NCBI RefSeq assembly: GCF_006345805.1
Contig: NC_043006.1
Span: forward strand, 23,498,001 to 23,562,000
Direction of reading: 5' to 3'
Source: Octopus sinensis
Lineage: Eukaryota
DNA length: 64,000 nt
In this document: positions 1 through 13,204 of the stretch, in pieces
Position numbering within the stretch: the first letter of the stretch is position 1
Layout: every line of letters starts with the position of its first letter
Made by a program: the position numbers and the translations under genes
The notes under the pieces: generated by a model
Told to the model about the DNA's origin: nothing
The model's input: the letters and a program-made list of their open reading frames with translations, nothing else
The model's database searches: none

Positions 1-960
1 AGCAAAATGGCTTTATATTGAGAGCAGCCTATTGAGGAAGCAATCTGGAAGGACATGGATTTAGATGGTCCCAAACGCCCGAAAATGAAATGGACTACAT
101 CCTGATGGGAAAATATGGAACTACAAGCACGCGGGGACCTGGAGGAAAGAACTCGGAAAAGGAAATTTCCAAGAGTCAGAAAACTAAGAAGAGGAACGTG
201 AAAGAACACTTTGAGTATTCTACTATTTGCGAAGACATCTGGAAAAAAACTTCGAGAATTGTAGATATAAGAATCTCATACAGGTTGCAGAGGAAAGGAA
301 AAGTGTAAAAAGATGCGAGGGAGAGGCTGCTGCCCTGTAGGTCAGAGGTGACAGTGTTTAATAACAAGGATAAGCTGACGGTGATATATAATCCTTTCTA
401 CTATCGACACAAGACTTGGATTTTGTGGGGGTGAGGACAGTCGATCACATCGATCCCATTACTCAACTAGTACTTGATTTATCGCCCCCGAAAAGATGAA
501 AGGCAAAGTCGACCTCGGCGGAATTTGAACTCTGAACGTAACGGCAGACGAAATACCGCTAAGCATTTCGCCCGGCGTGCTAACATTTCTAGCAGCTCAC
601 CACTTTGACGGCGATAGATAGTGGGGAGATGAAATCGAGGAAGTAAAAGAGCACGTCTACCTGGATCACACAGTAAATATGCACCAAGACGTGGGTGCCG
701 AACTCTGGAGGAGAATAAGAATAGGTTGGAAGGCGCTTGACCTCAATAAAAGATGCGCACAAATCAAAGCTGGACAAAAGCCCAAGTGCCAATCGCTTCA
801 ATAGGACGCAAAGGCTCATGGGAAGATCAAAACAAGAAATATTATTGCAAGAACAACTCCGAAACGAAGTCATTCGAGAACGAAACGAAATGAACAACAT
901 GATTGCAGAATACCCAAAGCACAAATTCCGGTGGGTTCAACAGGTATTTATCTTATCGAG
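1..960 (+). mobile_element. Decayed RTE-clade LINE fragments (end of APE endonuclease joined to post-RT region)
   Basis: RWSQTPENEMDYILMG (APE C-terminal motif) near 60-110. EIEEVKEHVYL...ELWRRIRIGWKA and LRNEVIRERNEMNNMIAEYPKHKFRWVQQV at ~630-950. Stops and frameshifts; the RT core is absent. Confidence 0.65.
430..603 (-). mobile_element. SINE family A
   Basis: Matches the family A head and core. Other partial copies: 1530-1640(-), 5830-6070(-), 21930-22060(-). Confidence 0.85.
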
Positions 961-1680
961 CCAGAAGGATAAAATGCTAAGCCAACCTCGACAGGTTACG
1001 TATTCAGAATGTGAAGAGCTGAAACAAACACGACCAAGCTCGAACGATTCTGTCAATCTCTCGCCTGGGTTTGTTCTGCAATTAAAAGATAATTTTATTT
1101 TAAGTGTGACCTTCTGAGGTATTTATGTGGATTATGTTTCTGCTTTTGTATCATGTATGTGAGGTGTAGTGGGGTGTACGTTTGATGATGACAGGCTAAA
1201 GGGAGGGATGGGAAGAGAGAGAAGGAGACAGAGAGAGGTGGAGAAGGAATAAGAACAGACGACGTAAAAATTTATGTCGTCTGACACGTCATTAGGGAGG
1301 AAATGTCTCTGGGGATGTGAAATTAAAACCCCTACACGTGTACCACTCTGAAAATATAAAGGCTTTCAAGGGTCACACGGTTTCATTTCGTGTTCAAATA
1401 AGGCATAGACCACCAAGAGTCTTCTAAAAGAATGGGTTACAGACGATTTATGTTAGTGTATGCGTGTGCGTTGCGTACGCGTGTGTGAATGTGCGTTTGG
1501 TGTGTGTGTGTGTGTGTGTGTGTAAGAGGGTGTGAAAGGCAAAGTCGATCTCGGCAGAATTTGAACTCAGAACCTAGCGGCAGACGAAATACTGCGAAGC
1601 ATTTCACCCGGTGTGCTAACGTTTCTGCCTGCGCGTTGCCATACTTATACGGTATATTATATTACGTTCATGTATGTGCG

Positions 1681-1731
<51 letters not shown>

Positions 1732-2202
1732 TGAGTGTACGTGTTTGTATGTATGGGTGTGAGCTTGTATGCGTGTTTATGTGTGTGCGTGTGTGTGTAA
1801 GTATTTGAACATGTATTTCCCTTGGATAACATTGGCGACGTGGAGAGGAGGAGGCTGGTATGCATGGGTGACTGCTGGTCTTCCATAGACAGCTTTGCAC
1901 AGACTTGTGTTTCAAGGGGGAACTTTCTAGATGCAATCCCATATATGGTCATTGATAACCGAAAGACTGTCTTTAACTCTTTACATATATATATATATAT
2001 ACTCTTTACTCCTTTTTACTTGTTTCAGTCATTTGACTGCGGCCATGCTGGAGCAAATCGACCCCAGGACTTATTCTCTTTGTAAGCCTAGTACTTATTC
2101 CATCGGTCTCTTTTGCCGAACCGCTAAGTTACGGGGACGTAAACACACCACCATCGCTTGTCAAGCGATGTGGAGGGGACAGACACAGACGCACAAAAAA
2201 AT

Positions 2203-2241
<39 letters not shown>

Positions 2242-2318
2242 CGGCGGGCTTCTTTCAGTTTCCGTCGACCAAATCCACTCACAAGGTGCCACGCAGTGGG
2301 ACTGAACCTGGAACCATG

Positions 2319-2356
<38 letters not shown>

Positions 2357-2408
2357 GTATATATATAGTATATATATATATATATATATGTATATCTATG
2401 ATATATAT

Positions 2409-2522
<114 letters not shown>

Positions 2523-2687
2523 AAATACAGTGTACATTTAAACACATAAGGAGGGTCCATCATAGGACTTCCTTATGCTAGAAGGAACAGCTATTGATTA
2601 ATTTTCTATACGCTAGGCCACTGATAGTGGAAATTTCTAAAAACTTTATTACCCTGATATATTATTATTATATATAATATAATATAT

Positions 2688-3494
2688 ACTAGCTAAGTGA
2701 CTCGCTCTACGCGCGGGTAAGAGTGTGGTTGTTACTTTCTGTTGCTTCCTTTCAGCACGTAAAAAGCACCATCCGAACGTGGCCGATTCAGCGCCGCCTT
2801 GACTGGCTTCTGTGCGGGTGGCATGTGAAAAGCACCAACCGATCGTGGCCGCTGCCAGACCCCCTGGCACCCATTACACTCACAGAGTGGTTGGCGTTAG
2901 GATTAAATTTTAATCCCCTTCAGCCCCATTTAGACCCCTTTTCACATTTTGGTTAATATAACCCGATTTCATTCGGGTCTACTCAGGCCACATTTTATAA
3001 GATGAGAAATTTTGTCGTAGAGGTCATGCCTTTCATTTGAGGAAAAAAATAGTTGTCATGCAAACTTGCCAGCTCAACCGACCACATAATGCACACATTA
3101 TATATATATATATATGTATGTATGTGTGTGTGTGTGTGTGTGTGGGTGGTGTGTGTGTGGTGGTGTGTGCACGCATTATATATACAAATGTATACAAATT
3201 ATTATATATATATATGTATATATATGTATAAATTAATTAGAGATAAAAACACTAATAGGCAAATCAACAGTTAAAAACATAAACCAAAACATACAAATAA
3301 AAATATAATGTAAAAATATATAAAATAAAAATTGAAAAATTTAAATTATTTAAATTTAAAATTAAAATTATTGTTTTAATTTATAATTTTTTAAAATATA
3401 TATAACTATCAAAAAGTATTAAAAAGGTTAATATACATAAATACAGATATATAAACTTTGTATATATACATTATATATATATATTTATATATAG

Positions 3495-3532
<38 letters not shown>

Positions 3533-4055
3533 ACACATATATATATATATATAAATTAACCCAATAAATATCTGATTCATGATATTTGTTCTCATGATTG
3601 GGTGGTGGTGGTGGCGATGATAATTCTGTCTATGAATGCAGACAGATGTAGAGAGATAGAGAGAGAGAGTGTGTGTGAAAGCGCTGTGGAACGCGGGGAG
3701 GGGGTAGATTTAGAACGCGTTTGAGGACGTTATAAAGAGAAAGTGAAGGGGAGTTAGACGCTGTTAGACGACGTTATATATAGAAAGTGATGGGAAGGGA
3801 GGAAAGAGAGTGAGTGCCGGAGGAAGACAGATACATAAAAGAATAAGAGTCGACTTGTCAAAGTGCGTTTTTGGCCCTAGCAACGACCATTTTAAGATGG
3901 GGATTTCTAACCTAGCCCACTGGCATCCTCACCTCATTTACATGTCCCTGTAAATTTTGGAGTCAATTCCGACGGGATCTAGTGGCCTTTACCCGTTTCA
4001 ATGCCAAACCAGACAAACAAACAAACAAACTTTTCGCATTTCATTTTATAAATAA
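2688..4055 (+). mobile_element. Helentron-type non-autonomous element (HINE/DINE-1-like), copy 1
   Basis: Starts ACTAGC and ends ..ACAAACAAACTTTTCGCATTTCATTTTATA. Shares long blocks with 6581-9360 (for example 2905-3110 with 7260-7490, and 3560-4040 with 8915-9345). Confidence 0.6.
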
Positions 4056-4066
4056 TATATATATAT

Positions 4067-4128
<62 letters not shown>

Positions 4129-4261
4129 TCATATTCCTTTCTGTTGAAGAGCGCAGGCTCAAACGTAAAATACTTCTCACCTTCCCGAGCGTCAAATTAA
4201 TACACCTGTTGTTGTTTATACACCTGTCTTCGTCTTGTGTTTTTCCGTAATTTCAACTATG

Positions 4262-4296
<35 letters not shown>

Positions 4297-4370
4297 CACA
4301 ATGTACACACTCACACACAGATAGGTACATAATGAATGCGTGAAATTTATTCGTACGTATGTATAAGAGT

Positions 4371-4407
<37 letters not shown>

Positions 4408-4413
4408 TATTAC

Positions 4414-4455
<42 letters not shown>

Positions 4456-5029
4456 CACAGACACACACGCAGTTGCAGACACACACATACGTACAGAAAT
4501 GTGTTTGTGTATATGTAGAGGCTTTTCACCCCGCCTTTCCTATGCCCACCTCTCCTTTCTGTTTCATTTAATACAATTAACTTGTCCCCGTTGGTAGAGA
4601 TACGACAAAGCTCATTAAATCGCTTAATGCGATGCAGTTACTAATTTACTACCATCGCCATTATCGTCATCATCATCATCAACATTATCACCATCAGTTG
4701 CAGCAGTAGCAGCAGCATCCGCATCATCACCATCGACGTTGTCGTCAGCACCATTTTAGCAACAACAATAGCGTCATCATCCTTATCATCATCGTCATCA
4801 TCATCATCATCATCATCAACAGCAACAACAACATAACATAACATCAACATAACAAGAACAACAACAGCAACAGCTATTCCAGTTGTTTTCATACCGAAAG
4901 ACATCCCCCCCCTACAACACACACATTTTACATACTATAAAGAAATAGCTATTTTCCTACCCTTCCCTCTTCCCCGCTCTACCCGCTTTTTTAAAGTTTA
5001 GTCAGCCTGAAAAGCAACGCTTATGATCC

Positions 5030-5740
5030 ATGGCACTTTACATGACTTCCAATTGGGGTGGGAATAGGGAAGGGGATATCCTCAAACTTGCGAGCTGACC
5101 TCCACAACTTGTGAGTGCATGGACTCGGCTAAAGGAAGCCCAAAGTGCCAGGTTGCAGTGTTATGGTTAAGGTTAATTCTAGCACACAAACAGGCCACGG
5201 TGGGTATTGAACTCACAGCACATACAACCGGAACATATATCACAACGCGTCCGGTCCGACGTGCTAACAATTTCAACAACTTAACATCACGGACCACCAA
5301 CAATTCTTGAGCTGAGTTAAGCATTAAAATATTACCCCCAATCATCCACCCAGCCACTCTCTCATCACGACAGATATGAATGTTTTTATTTTGCAATCAG
5401 GAATCCTTATTACCCGTTTTCGGGGCCTCCAAAATTACTGGGCTGAAACGAAGACAATATCCTGGAACCCGAGACTTAACCTCGAATGATTCTAACAGAG
5501 ATTGGTTTGGGGCATGCGCTGTTGCAACGCATCCACCGTTTGTTGGGGATTCCTTACTACGCCTGTCTCCTGGCGGACGACACTTTTGTACCATTCAGTG
5601 GACAACGCTCCATCCGATAGATCTGTTTGGGTAGTTATGGCTGGGGAGGCTTTTACGATGTTGGAGGGTGAATCCTAACTCAACCTCTTTAGTCGACTTT
5701 TACGACGCGCAGAGGAAACGTTGGCTCTATTCTTTGGCAT
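5030..5740 (-). mobile_element. Possible decayed RTE 5' region
   Basis: Minus strand TTTCCTCTGCGCGTCGTAAAAGTCGACTAAGAGG resembles RTE 5' UTR starts as recalled; no clear protein motif. Confidence 0.3.
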
Positions 5741-6451
5741 GCAAGTCCCCCACAGAATGGACTCTATGAAATGCACCCACAGTGCCAAATGGAGCTGAAT
5801 CGGACGGTGGGTTAAATCAAGCAACTAAGCAGGCTACGGTGGAATTTGAACTCACGGCGCCAAGAAACGGAACAAACACCACAAAGCATCTGGTCAGGCG
5901 GTCTTACAGTTCCATCAACCCACCACCCTAGTATCGTACATTTTTATCGGCCCTCAAAAATATGAAAGGAAAATTTGACCTCTGCAGAATTTGAACTCAA
6001 AATGCAGAGACTTGGAACAAATACTGCGAGACATTCTATCCGATATTCAAACGATTCTGCCAATTAGCCATTTGGTTACAATTTCTAAAGGAGTGACGGG
6101 GGATCATGGTAACCCTGCAGATACTACTCGCGTTTTCTTTTATATTCATCTACTGTCATTTTTTCTTCTTTTTCTTCTTTTTTAACATGCCTCAGCCATA
6201 CATACATACATACATACATATATGCATGCATCCATCCATCCATCCATCCATCCATCCATCCATCCATCCATACATACATACATATACATACATACATACA
6301 TACATACACACACACTATTCCGTTATTAGTGAAATCAACAAAAAATAATCCGTCCAATGAGAAGTAAATATCATTTAATCTAATTTCGTCAAATTTATAT
6401 CCTGAAATCCAGCGTTTATTAAATTATACATACATATATAACATATATATA

Positions 6452-6497
<46 letters not shown>

Positions 6498-6580
6498 CCA
6501 GCATGGCCGCAGTCAAATGACTTAAACAAGTAAAGAATAAATGTATATATATATATAATTATATATATATATATATATAT

Positions 6581-8775
6581 ACTAGCTTAAGGGTCCCGCT
6601 CTACACGTGGGTGAGGGTGTGGTTGTTACTTTCTCTTGCTTCCATTCTGTTTTTTATCACCACATTCTCCCTCTTTGTTTCTCTCTCCTTTCTCTCTCAC
6701 TTTCCCACTCTCTTATTCTTCCTTTCTCCCGGACTCTCCCTCGCTTTCTCTTACTCACTATGTTACTCTATATATCTCTCTCCCATTTATAAACAACAAA
6801 AGATCTTGAGTAAGTTGAGAAATAAAATATTTTGAAAGAGTAATCATAAATATTAGGCAGTGACAACGGAAAGGTCTGCTTCAAGGCAGACAGCAAAACA
6901 CTAACATTTAAAAGGGACAGATGAACTTGCGAGCTGAATAAAAATAAAAAAATATTGGAAACCAAAGTTTGAAGGGGTAGAATCTGAGGATCGTAGAGTC
7001 ACCATGGCTGGCGTTTCTTAACGCCGGACAGCAACGTAGTGGCGTTTAACGGCTGGCGTCGTAAAATTTTGAACTTGATTGTAAAAGAAAATTCCTAAAC
7101 CACCAAGTTTGAAGTGATTCTTCTCACGACAGTAGAAGAATCACCTTGGCAAGCATTCAAAACTTCTTCATCATGGACGGCAATACATTGAAGATTTAAG
7201 GCTGGCGTAAATTATTTAGCTTGATGTAACAGAGAATTCCTAAACACCCGCTCCTGTAAATTTTAATCCCCTTCAGCCCCATTTAGACCCCTTTTCACAT
7301 TTTGGTTAATATAACCCGATTTCATTCGGGTCTACTCGGGCCACCTTTTATAAGATGAGGATTTTTATCCTAGAGGTCACGCCTTTCACTTGAGGAAAAA
7401 AATAGTTGCCACGCAAACTCGCCAGCACTCTTAACATAGGTGTGCATATTTTCAGCTCAACCGACCACATATTGCACACATTATATATATATATATGCGC
7501 ATTAAATATATATATGTACATATATATGCATCTCTTATTATAAAAGGCAGATTTTATCTGCCTCCCTTTGTCACTTATAGAAATCTACAATATAGGATTT
7601 CTTCAATTACAATTTACCTAGCATTTTTAAGAGTAGAATGCATCGGGTCATGCCAGGTCCAGTTTTTAAAATTTAAACTCCAATTAAGCAAAATTTACAG
7701 AAAACTCACATTCTGGTGTGTATGTCAAATGCTTTTCTTAATCTGGTTTACAGCACACGCAAACGCACACACACAGTGTGCAACGAATAAAGTGAAACTA
7801 GATGTAATATTTGTTTCTGTCTATCACGCTGATAGATACATGAGTAAAATGAATGGCAAGCTAAGAGATAAGAGTGAGTGAAAATGTTCTTGGAAGAGAG
7901 TAAATAGCGACAGAGTGATTTGAGGAAGACTAAACTGAAAGTATGAAACAGTGTTTATGTATAAACAGACGACACTTATATATAGTTATTAATAAATGTA
8001 TGCATCCGTTTAACCCTTTCGTTACCAAACCGCCCGAATTTACCTATTCATATTAAATGAGAATATCAGAGTAATCTCTCAGTACATTCGTGAAAACACG
8101 TATTATACTTCGTAAACACTTCAAATACAGTTTTGTACAAAAATCGAAGTGTAATTTTAATTCCGTGAATTATGGGAGATTTTTTCCGAAATTTGTTCCT
8201 ATTGTGTTTTCAAAATTTGTAATTCTGACAAAAAATGGATACGAATTTCATTATATCAAGCAGCGAGTCAGAATTCGAAGGATTTTCTACTGAAGACCTT
8301 CATAATCTAACTCTATGACTGAAAAAAAAAAAGCATCTTTATATAAGAGTGAAGTTGTGTGCTGTCTCCTAATTTAGATTCGTAACTACTCCCACATTTT
8401 GCGGTGCAGTTTAACCAAAGCGGGTATCTTATAGTCGTGATTCATATCGAGCCCTTCTGGTATTAGCGCGCGTCTACGATGAGTCTACGATTTTAAAAAA
8501 TTTACCATCATATTTTTCCATTTTAATGCATTGTTTTCGCTTTTATATAGAGGGAAGTAACTCTCTAAAAATATCTACGATGGTGTCAACGATTTAAAAA
8601 AAAAGTTACCTAATTTTTTTCAATTTATAATGCATTTTTTTGCTATTTTTTGGCTATAACTCTCAAAAATGCTTATATAGTTATTTCCCTTACAAACCCG
8701 AGCAACGCCGGCGATACTGCTAGTTATATATATGTGTGTGGTGTTTGTATGCATTATATATATAAATGTATACAA

Positions 8776-8823
<48 letters not shown>

Positions 8824-9360
8824 TATATATATTATATTATAATAAATAACGATATATACACTTTGTATATCATATATATAACATATTCATATATAACACA
8901 CACACACATATATAATTAACCCAATGAATATCTGATTCATAATATTTGTTCTCATGATTTGTGGTGGTAGTGGCGATAATAATTCTCTCTATGAATGCAG
9001 ACAGACGTAGAGAGAGAGTGGGATGTGGGAGAAAGAGTGAAGGCGGCGGAGGGGGAAGATAGTAGACACTATCAAACGACGTTATAAAGAGAACGTGAAA
9101 GGAAGGGAGGAAAGAGAGGGAGAGACGGAGGAAGACAAGCAGATAAGAGAATGAGAGAAGACTTGTCAAAGTGTGCGTTTTTTGTCCTAGTAACCACACC
9201 TTTTAAGATAGGGATTTCTAACCTAGTCCACTAACATCCTCACCTCATTTTACATGTCCCTGTAAATTTTGGAGTCAATCCGACGGGATCTAGTGGCCTT
9301 TAACCCGTTCCAATGCCAAAACCAGACAAACAAACTTTTCGCATTTCAGATTTATAGAGA
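6581..9360 (+). mobile_element. HINE-like element, copy 2, interrupted by ~1.2 kb of nested sequence
   Basis: Same termini and blocks as 2688-4055; 7496-8725 is absent from copy 1. Confidence 0.6.
8336..8724 (-). mobile_element. Nested HINE-like element
   Basis: Minus-strand start ACTAGCAGTATCGCCGGCGTTGCTCGGG, the same end type as 51451. Confidence 0.6.
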
Positions 9361-9365
9361 TATTG

Positions 9366-9436
<71 letters not shown>

Positions 9437-9827
9437 TATTGGTCGAATACATATTTTAATTATTAGTACTCTCAAATTTATAATTGAAATACTATACTGA
9501 AGACGGAAACAAGTGAGTAAAAATAAAATTTTACATCTCTTTAATTCAGAAATGCGTATATAGTTGATCAAAGCCGGGTGTATTCGTTATTTTTTCTCTT
9601 TACCTGCGTCAGTTGGGATTTTTACTGCTTGGGAGATATCTTATGGTAATGGAATATTATTTTACTGCTATTTCTAAATTTCAGTGTGTGGTGAAGCAAT
9701 CTTGCTGAACCCTAATTATAATTATGTTTATAATTATAGAATTTATATATATATATATAAGAATTTTTTGCGTAATGAGATTAAAAAAACCAAGGGTGTG
9801 TAGATATTAGAACATTTATAGATAGAA

Positions 9828-9880
9828 GTTCTTACAGCTGTTTCCAGGATATTTATTAATTATATCCCTTCATCGGAGAC
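9828..9880 (-). ncRNA. Degenerate minimal hammerhead-like fold
   Basis: GTCT-CCGATGA-A-GGGATAT-loop-ATATCCT-G-GAAAC-AGCT-GTA-AGA, with palindromic helix III ACAGCTGT. Confidence 0.45.
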
Positions 9881-10423
9881 AGTGTGAGAGGATGGTTAAG
9901 AAGTAGTTAATTTAGATAGGATATAAAATAGAGAGTGAGGTGGAGGGAAGAAAATAGATGAGAGATATATAAGGATATTGAATTTGTAGATCCATTTTTC
10001 AGGCAGAATGGTATATACTGTTGGATTTTTCTCATAAGGTATTCGCCAAAGGATTACTTGAAGCAACAAAGAAGCCAATACGTAAGCTTGTGCAGCAGTG
10101 TCACGTAAGTAGGAGGTCATGCCGGCAAGTGATTAAAAGTCTACAGTGTTTAAAAGACTGTAGACAGCAATTAAAAGTGGACAACCGAAAGAAAGTAGTA
10201 AATTACTACCCATGGCTTCTGAACACCAGTTACAAGCGGTCGAAATAACACAATGACACTTGCAAACAAAAGGGTGATTGCTTTTTCGTGTTTCTAAATA
10301 TGTTACGGAATCCGGGCTCCTTTTTCGATAGGCGCCCTGTTTTTATAGGCACCCTGTTTTTATGTTTTTATGTAAGACAAAAGTTCCATTCATAATACGC
10401 AATTTAATAAATGTATGCGGCTA

Positions 10424-10487
<64 letters not shown>

Positions 10488-10836
10488 TGTGTGTGTGTGT
10501 GTGTGTGTGCGTGTATGTGTGTGTATGGGATCGTATGTGTGCGCTTATGTTCATATGCTTGCATTTCTGACCGTGTAGCTATGGATGTTTTTATATCTTA
10601 GAAACCAAATCTGTTGTTTAACACCGGCGCCCGGACGAGTTCCAGTTACTTTATGGGGTTGTTACAATCAATAAATTGAGTTGTGCAAAATATTAATATA
10701 TAACCTTGGCTTTATTACTTTTTAACACACACACACACACGCACATATATGTATGTATATGTGTGTGTGTGTATGTGTGCGTGTGTGTTTATGTGTGTAT
10801 GTGCTTCTTCGGTTTTGTTTTCTACAAACGATCCTA

Positions 10837-10873
<37 letters not shown>

Positions 10874-10952
10874 ATAGATAGATAGACAGATAGACACGAA
10901 TAATTGCATATCTAAATATAGATATATATGTATATATGCATGTGTGTTTGTG

Positions 10953-10994
<42 letters not shown>

Positions 10995-11120
10995 ATATGT
11001 ATGTAAAACCACTATGTGTTATAGGCATGGGTGTCGTTGAGAAGTAGTAATACAACACATATGTGGTGGTTTCAAATCTCTTCCAGAAATTACAAGAGAT
11101 CTAGTTAAAAATTTTATATA

Positions 11121-11447
11121 TGGCTCAATGGTTAGAGCGTCGAGCTTACGATCGTGAGGTTGTGAGTTCGATTCCCAGACCGGGCTGCTTGTTGTGTTCT
11201 TGTGCAAGACACTTTATTTGACGTTGCTCTAGTTGACTCAGCTGTAGAAATAACTTGTGGTATCACTGGTGCCAAGCTGTATCGACCCCTTTGCCTTTCC
11301 CTTTGATAACATCAGTTGTGTGGAGAGAAGGAGGCTGGTATGCATGGGTGACTGCTGGCCTTCCATAAACAACCTTGCCCGGACTTTGCCTCGAAGGGTA
11401 ACTTTCTAGGTGCAATCCCATGGTCATTCATGACCGAAGGGGGTCTC
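11121..11447 (+). mobile_element. tRNA-derived SINE (family C relative)
   Basis: A box TGGCTCAATGGTTAG, B box GAGTTCGATTCCC; the 3' half is also present at ~1805-1950. Confidence 0.8.
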
Positions 11448-12414
11448 CTCATATATATAAAATTTGAACATGGAACTAATAATTCACGAAAATATAATTT
11501 GCGAAAATACCATTGATTCTATGTATATATAAAGAGAGAGAAGAAGAAGAGAGAGGGGAGAGAGAGAATTCTAGTAGAGGTAGAATCAATAAGAAAATTA
11601 CTCCATCCAGCGAGAGATGAATTTAATACGCAAACGAAAAAAGGCACTCAACCAATGGGAGTTACATCTATGGATCTAAACAGTTTGAATCAAATTCGTG
11701 GCTGACGACTAGCATCGCGCTTGAAATTCAAGAGTAGCAACGAATTTGATTCAAACTGTTTTGACCCATGTGTATATTATTTCATTCTGGTTTTAATCTT
11801 AGAATTCACCCTATTAAGCTCACCCAAGTGTACATATTATCAGACAAACAGTTATCCGAAGAAAGTTTGTTTTATCAGACACATATGAAAATTCACAAAT
11901 ATCCGCAGAATTTTTACAATCATAAGCAAGATCAATGAAGTGGACAAATTATTTTCTTACATCATATTACAATTAATGTAATTATAAATTGATGTAATAA
12001 AGGATTCCATGAACATTGCTGTGCTGAGCTATAATATATGTAGCTGTTGATTCATGAAGTATCATTGTGAAAACATGTACCGAGTTCGATTCTTCAGAAT
12101 TATGTATAAATGTCATTTACTGTAGATATTTGAATCTTCGCTAACTTATACATATATCGAGGTGGGCGTGTCTTCATGGTTATATTTGCATCTTACAAGC
12201 AAAGCGAAACTAGAGTAATCCACGGGTTTGTATTTACCGGTCATGAAGAATGGATAGAAAAACGAAAAGTAAAATAAAGAAACAATAAAAGTAGAACGAA
12301 ATGATTTTTGCTTTTACATAATACAATAAATATGACAAGGGAAGATAACCTCAAGAATCAATAATTCTCCAAAGTTCCATTGGTAGGTTTATTGTCCGTA
12401 GATAAGAGAAACAT

Positions 12415-12632
12415 ATGTACTTTATTCTTTTACCTGTTTCAGTCATTTGACTGCGGCCATGCTGGAGCACCGCCTTTAGTCGAACAAATCGACCCCAGGA
12501 CTTATTCTTTGTAAGCGTAATACTTATTGTATCGGTCTCTTTTGCCGAACCTCTAAGTGTCGGGGACGTAAACACACCAACATCGGTTGTCAAGCGATGG
12601 TGGGGGACAAACACAGACACAAATAACAAGCA

Positions 12633-12698
<66 letters not shown>

Positions 12699-12862
12699 CG
12701 ACGGGCTTCTTTCAGTTTCCGTCTACCAAAACCACTCACAAGCCTTCGGTTGGACCAAGACTATAGTAGAAGACACTTGCCCAAGATGACACGCAGTGGG
12801 ACTGAACCCGGAACCATGTAGTTGGGAAGCAAGCTTCTTACCACACAGCTACTCCTGCGCCT
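12415..12862 (-). mobile_element. SINE family B
   Basis: Full-length match. Further copies: 1985-2320(-), 15020-15160(+), 16020-16290(+), 16960-17180(-), 29000-29150(-), 37478-37640(+), 43175-43480(+), 46240-46440(-). Confidence 0.85.
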
Positions 12863-13204
12863 ATAATAATAACAACAACAACAACAATAATAATAATAAT
12901 AATATTAAAAGATTATAAAACTTCATCTACACTTTCTCTAATCATTTTTGTTTACCTTTCCTGATATAATAAATGGCTCTGTGTTCTCTGCGTGTTATGT
13001 GTGCATCGATATATACTCACACATACATTTATCATTGTGTGCATATAATATGTGTGAGCGTATGTGTACACATGTATGTATACAAATATTATGTGTATAC
13101 ATACACATATATATTCACATTCTCTCCTGTCTGTGCAGCTGTCATTAAGCCAATCAATACTGCTACTTTATTTGCTTTGGCAATTATTATTATTATTATT
13201 ATTC

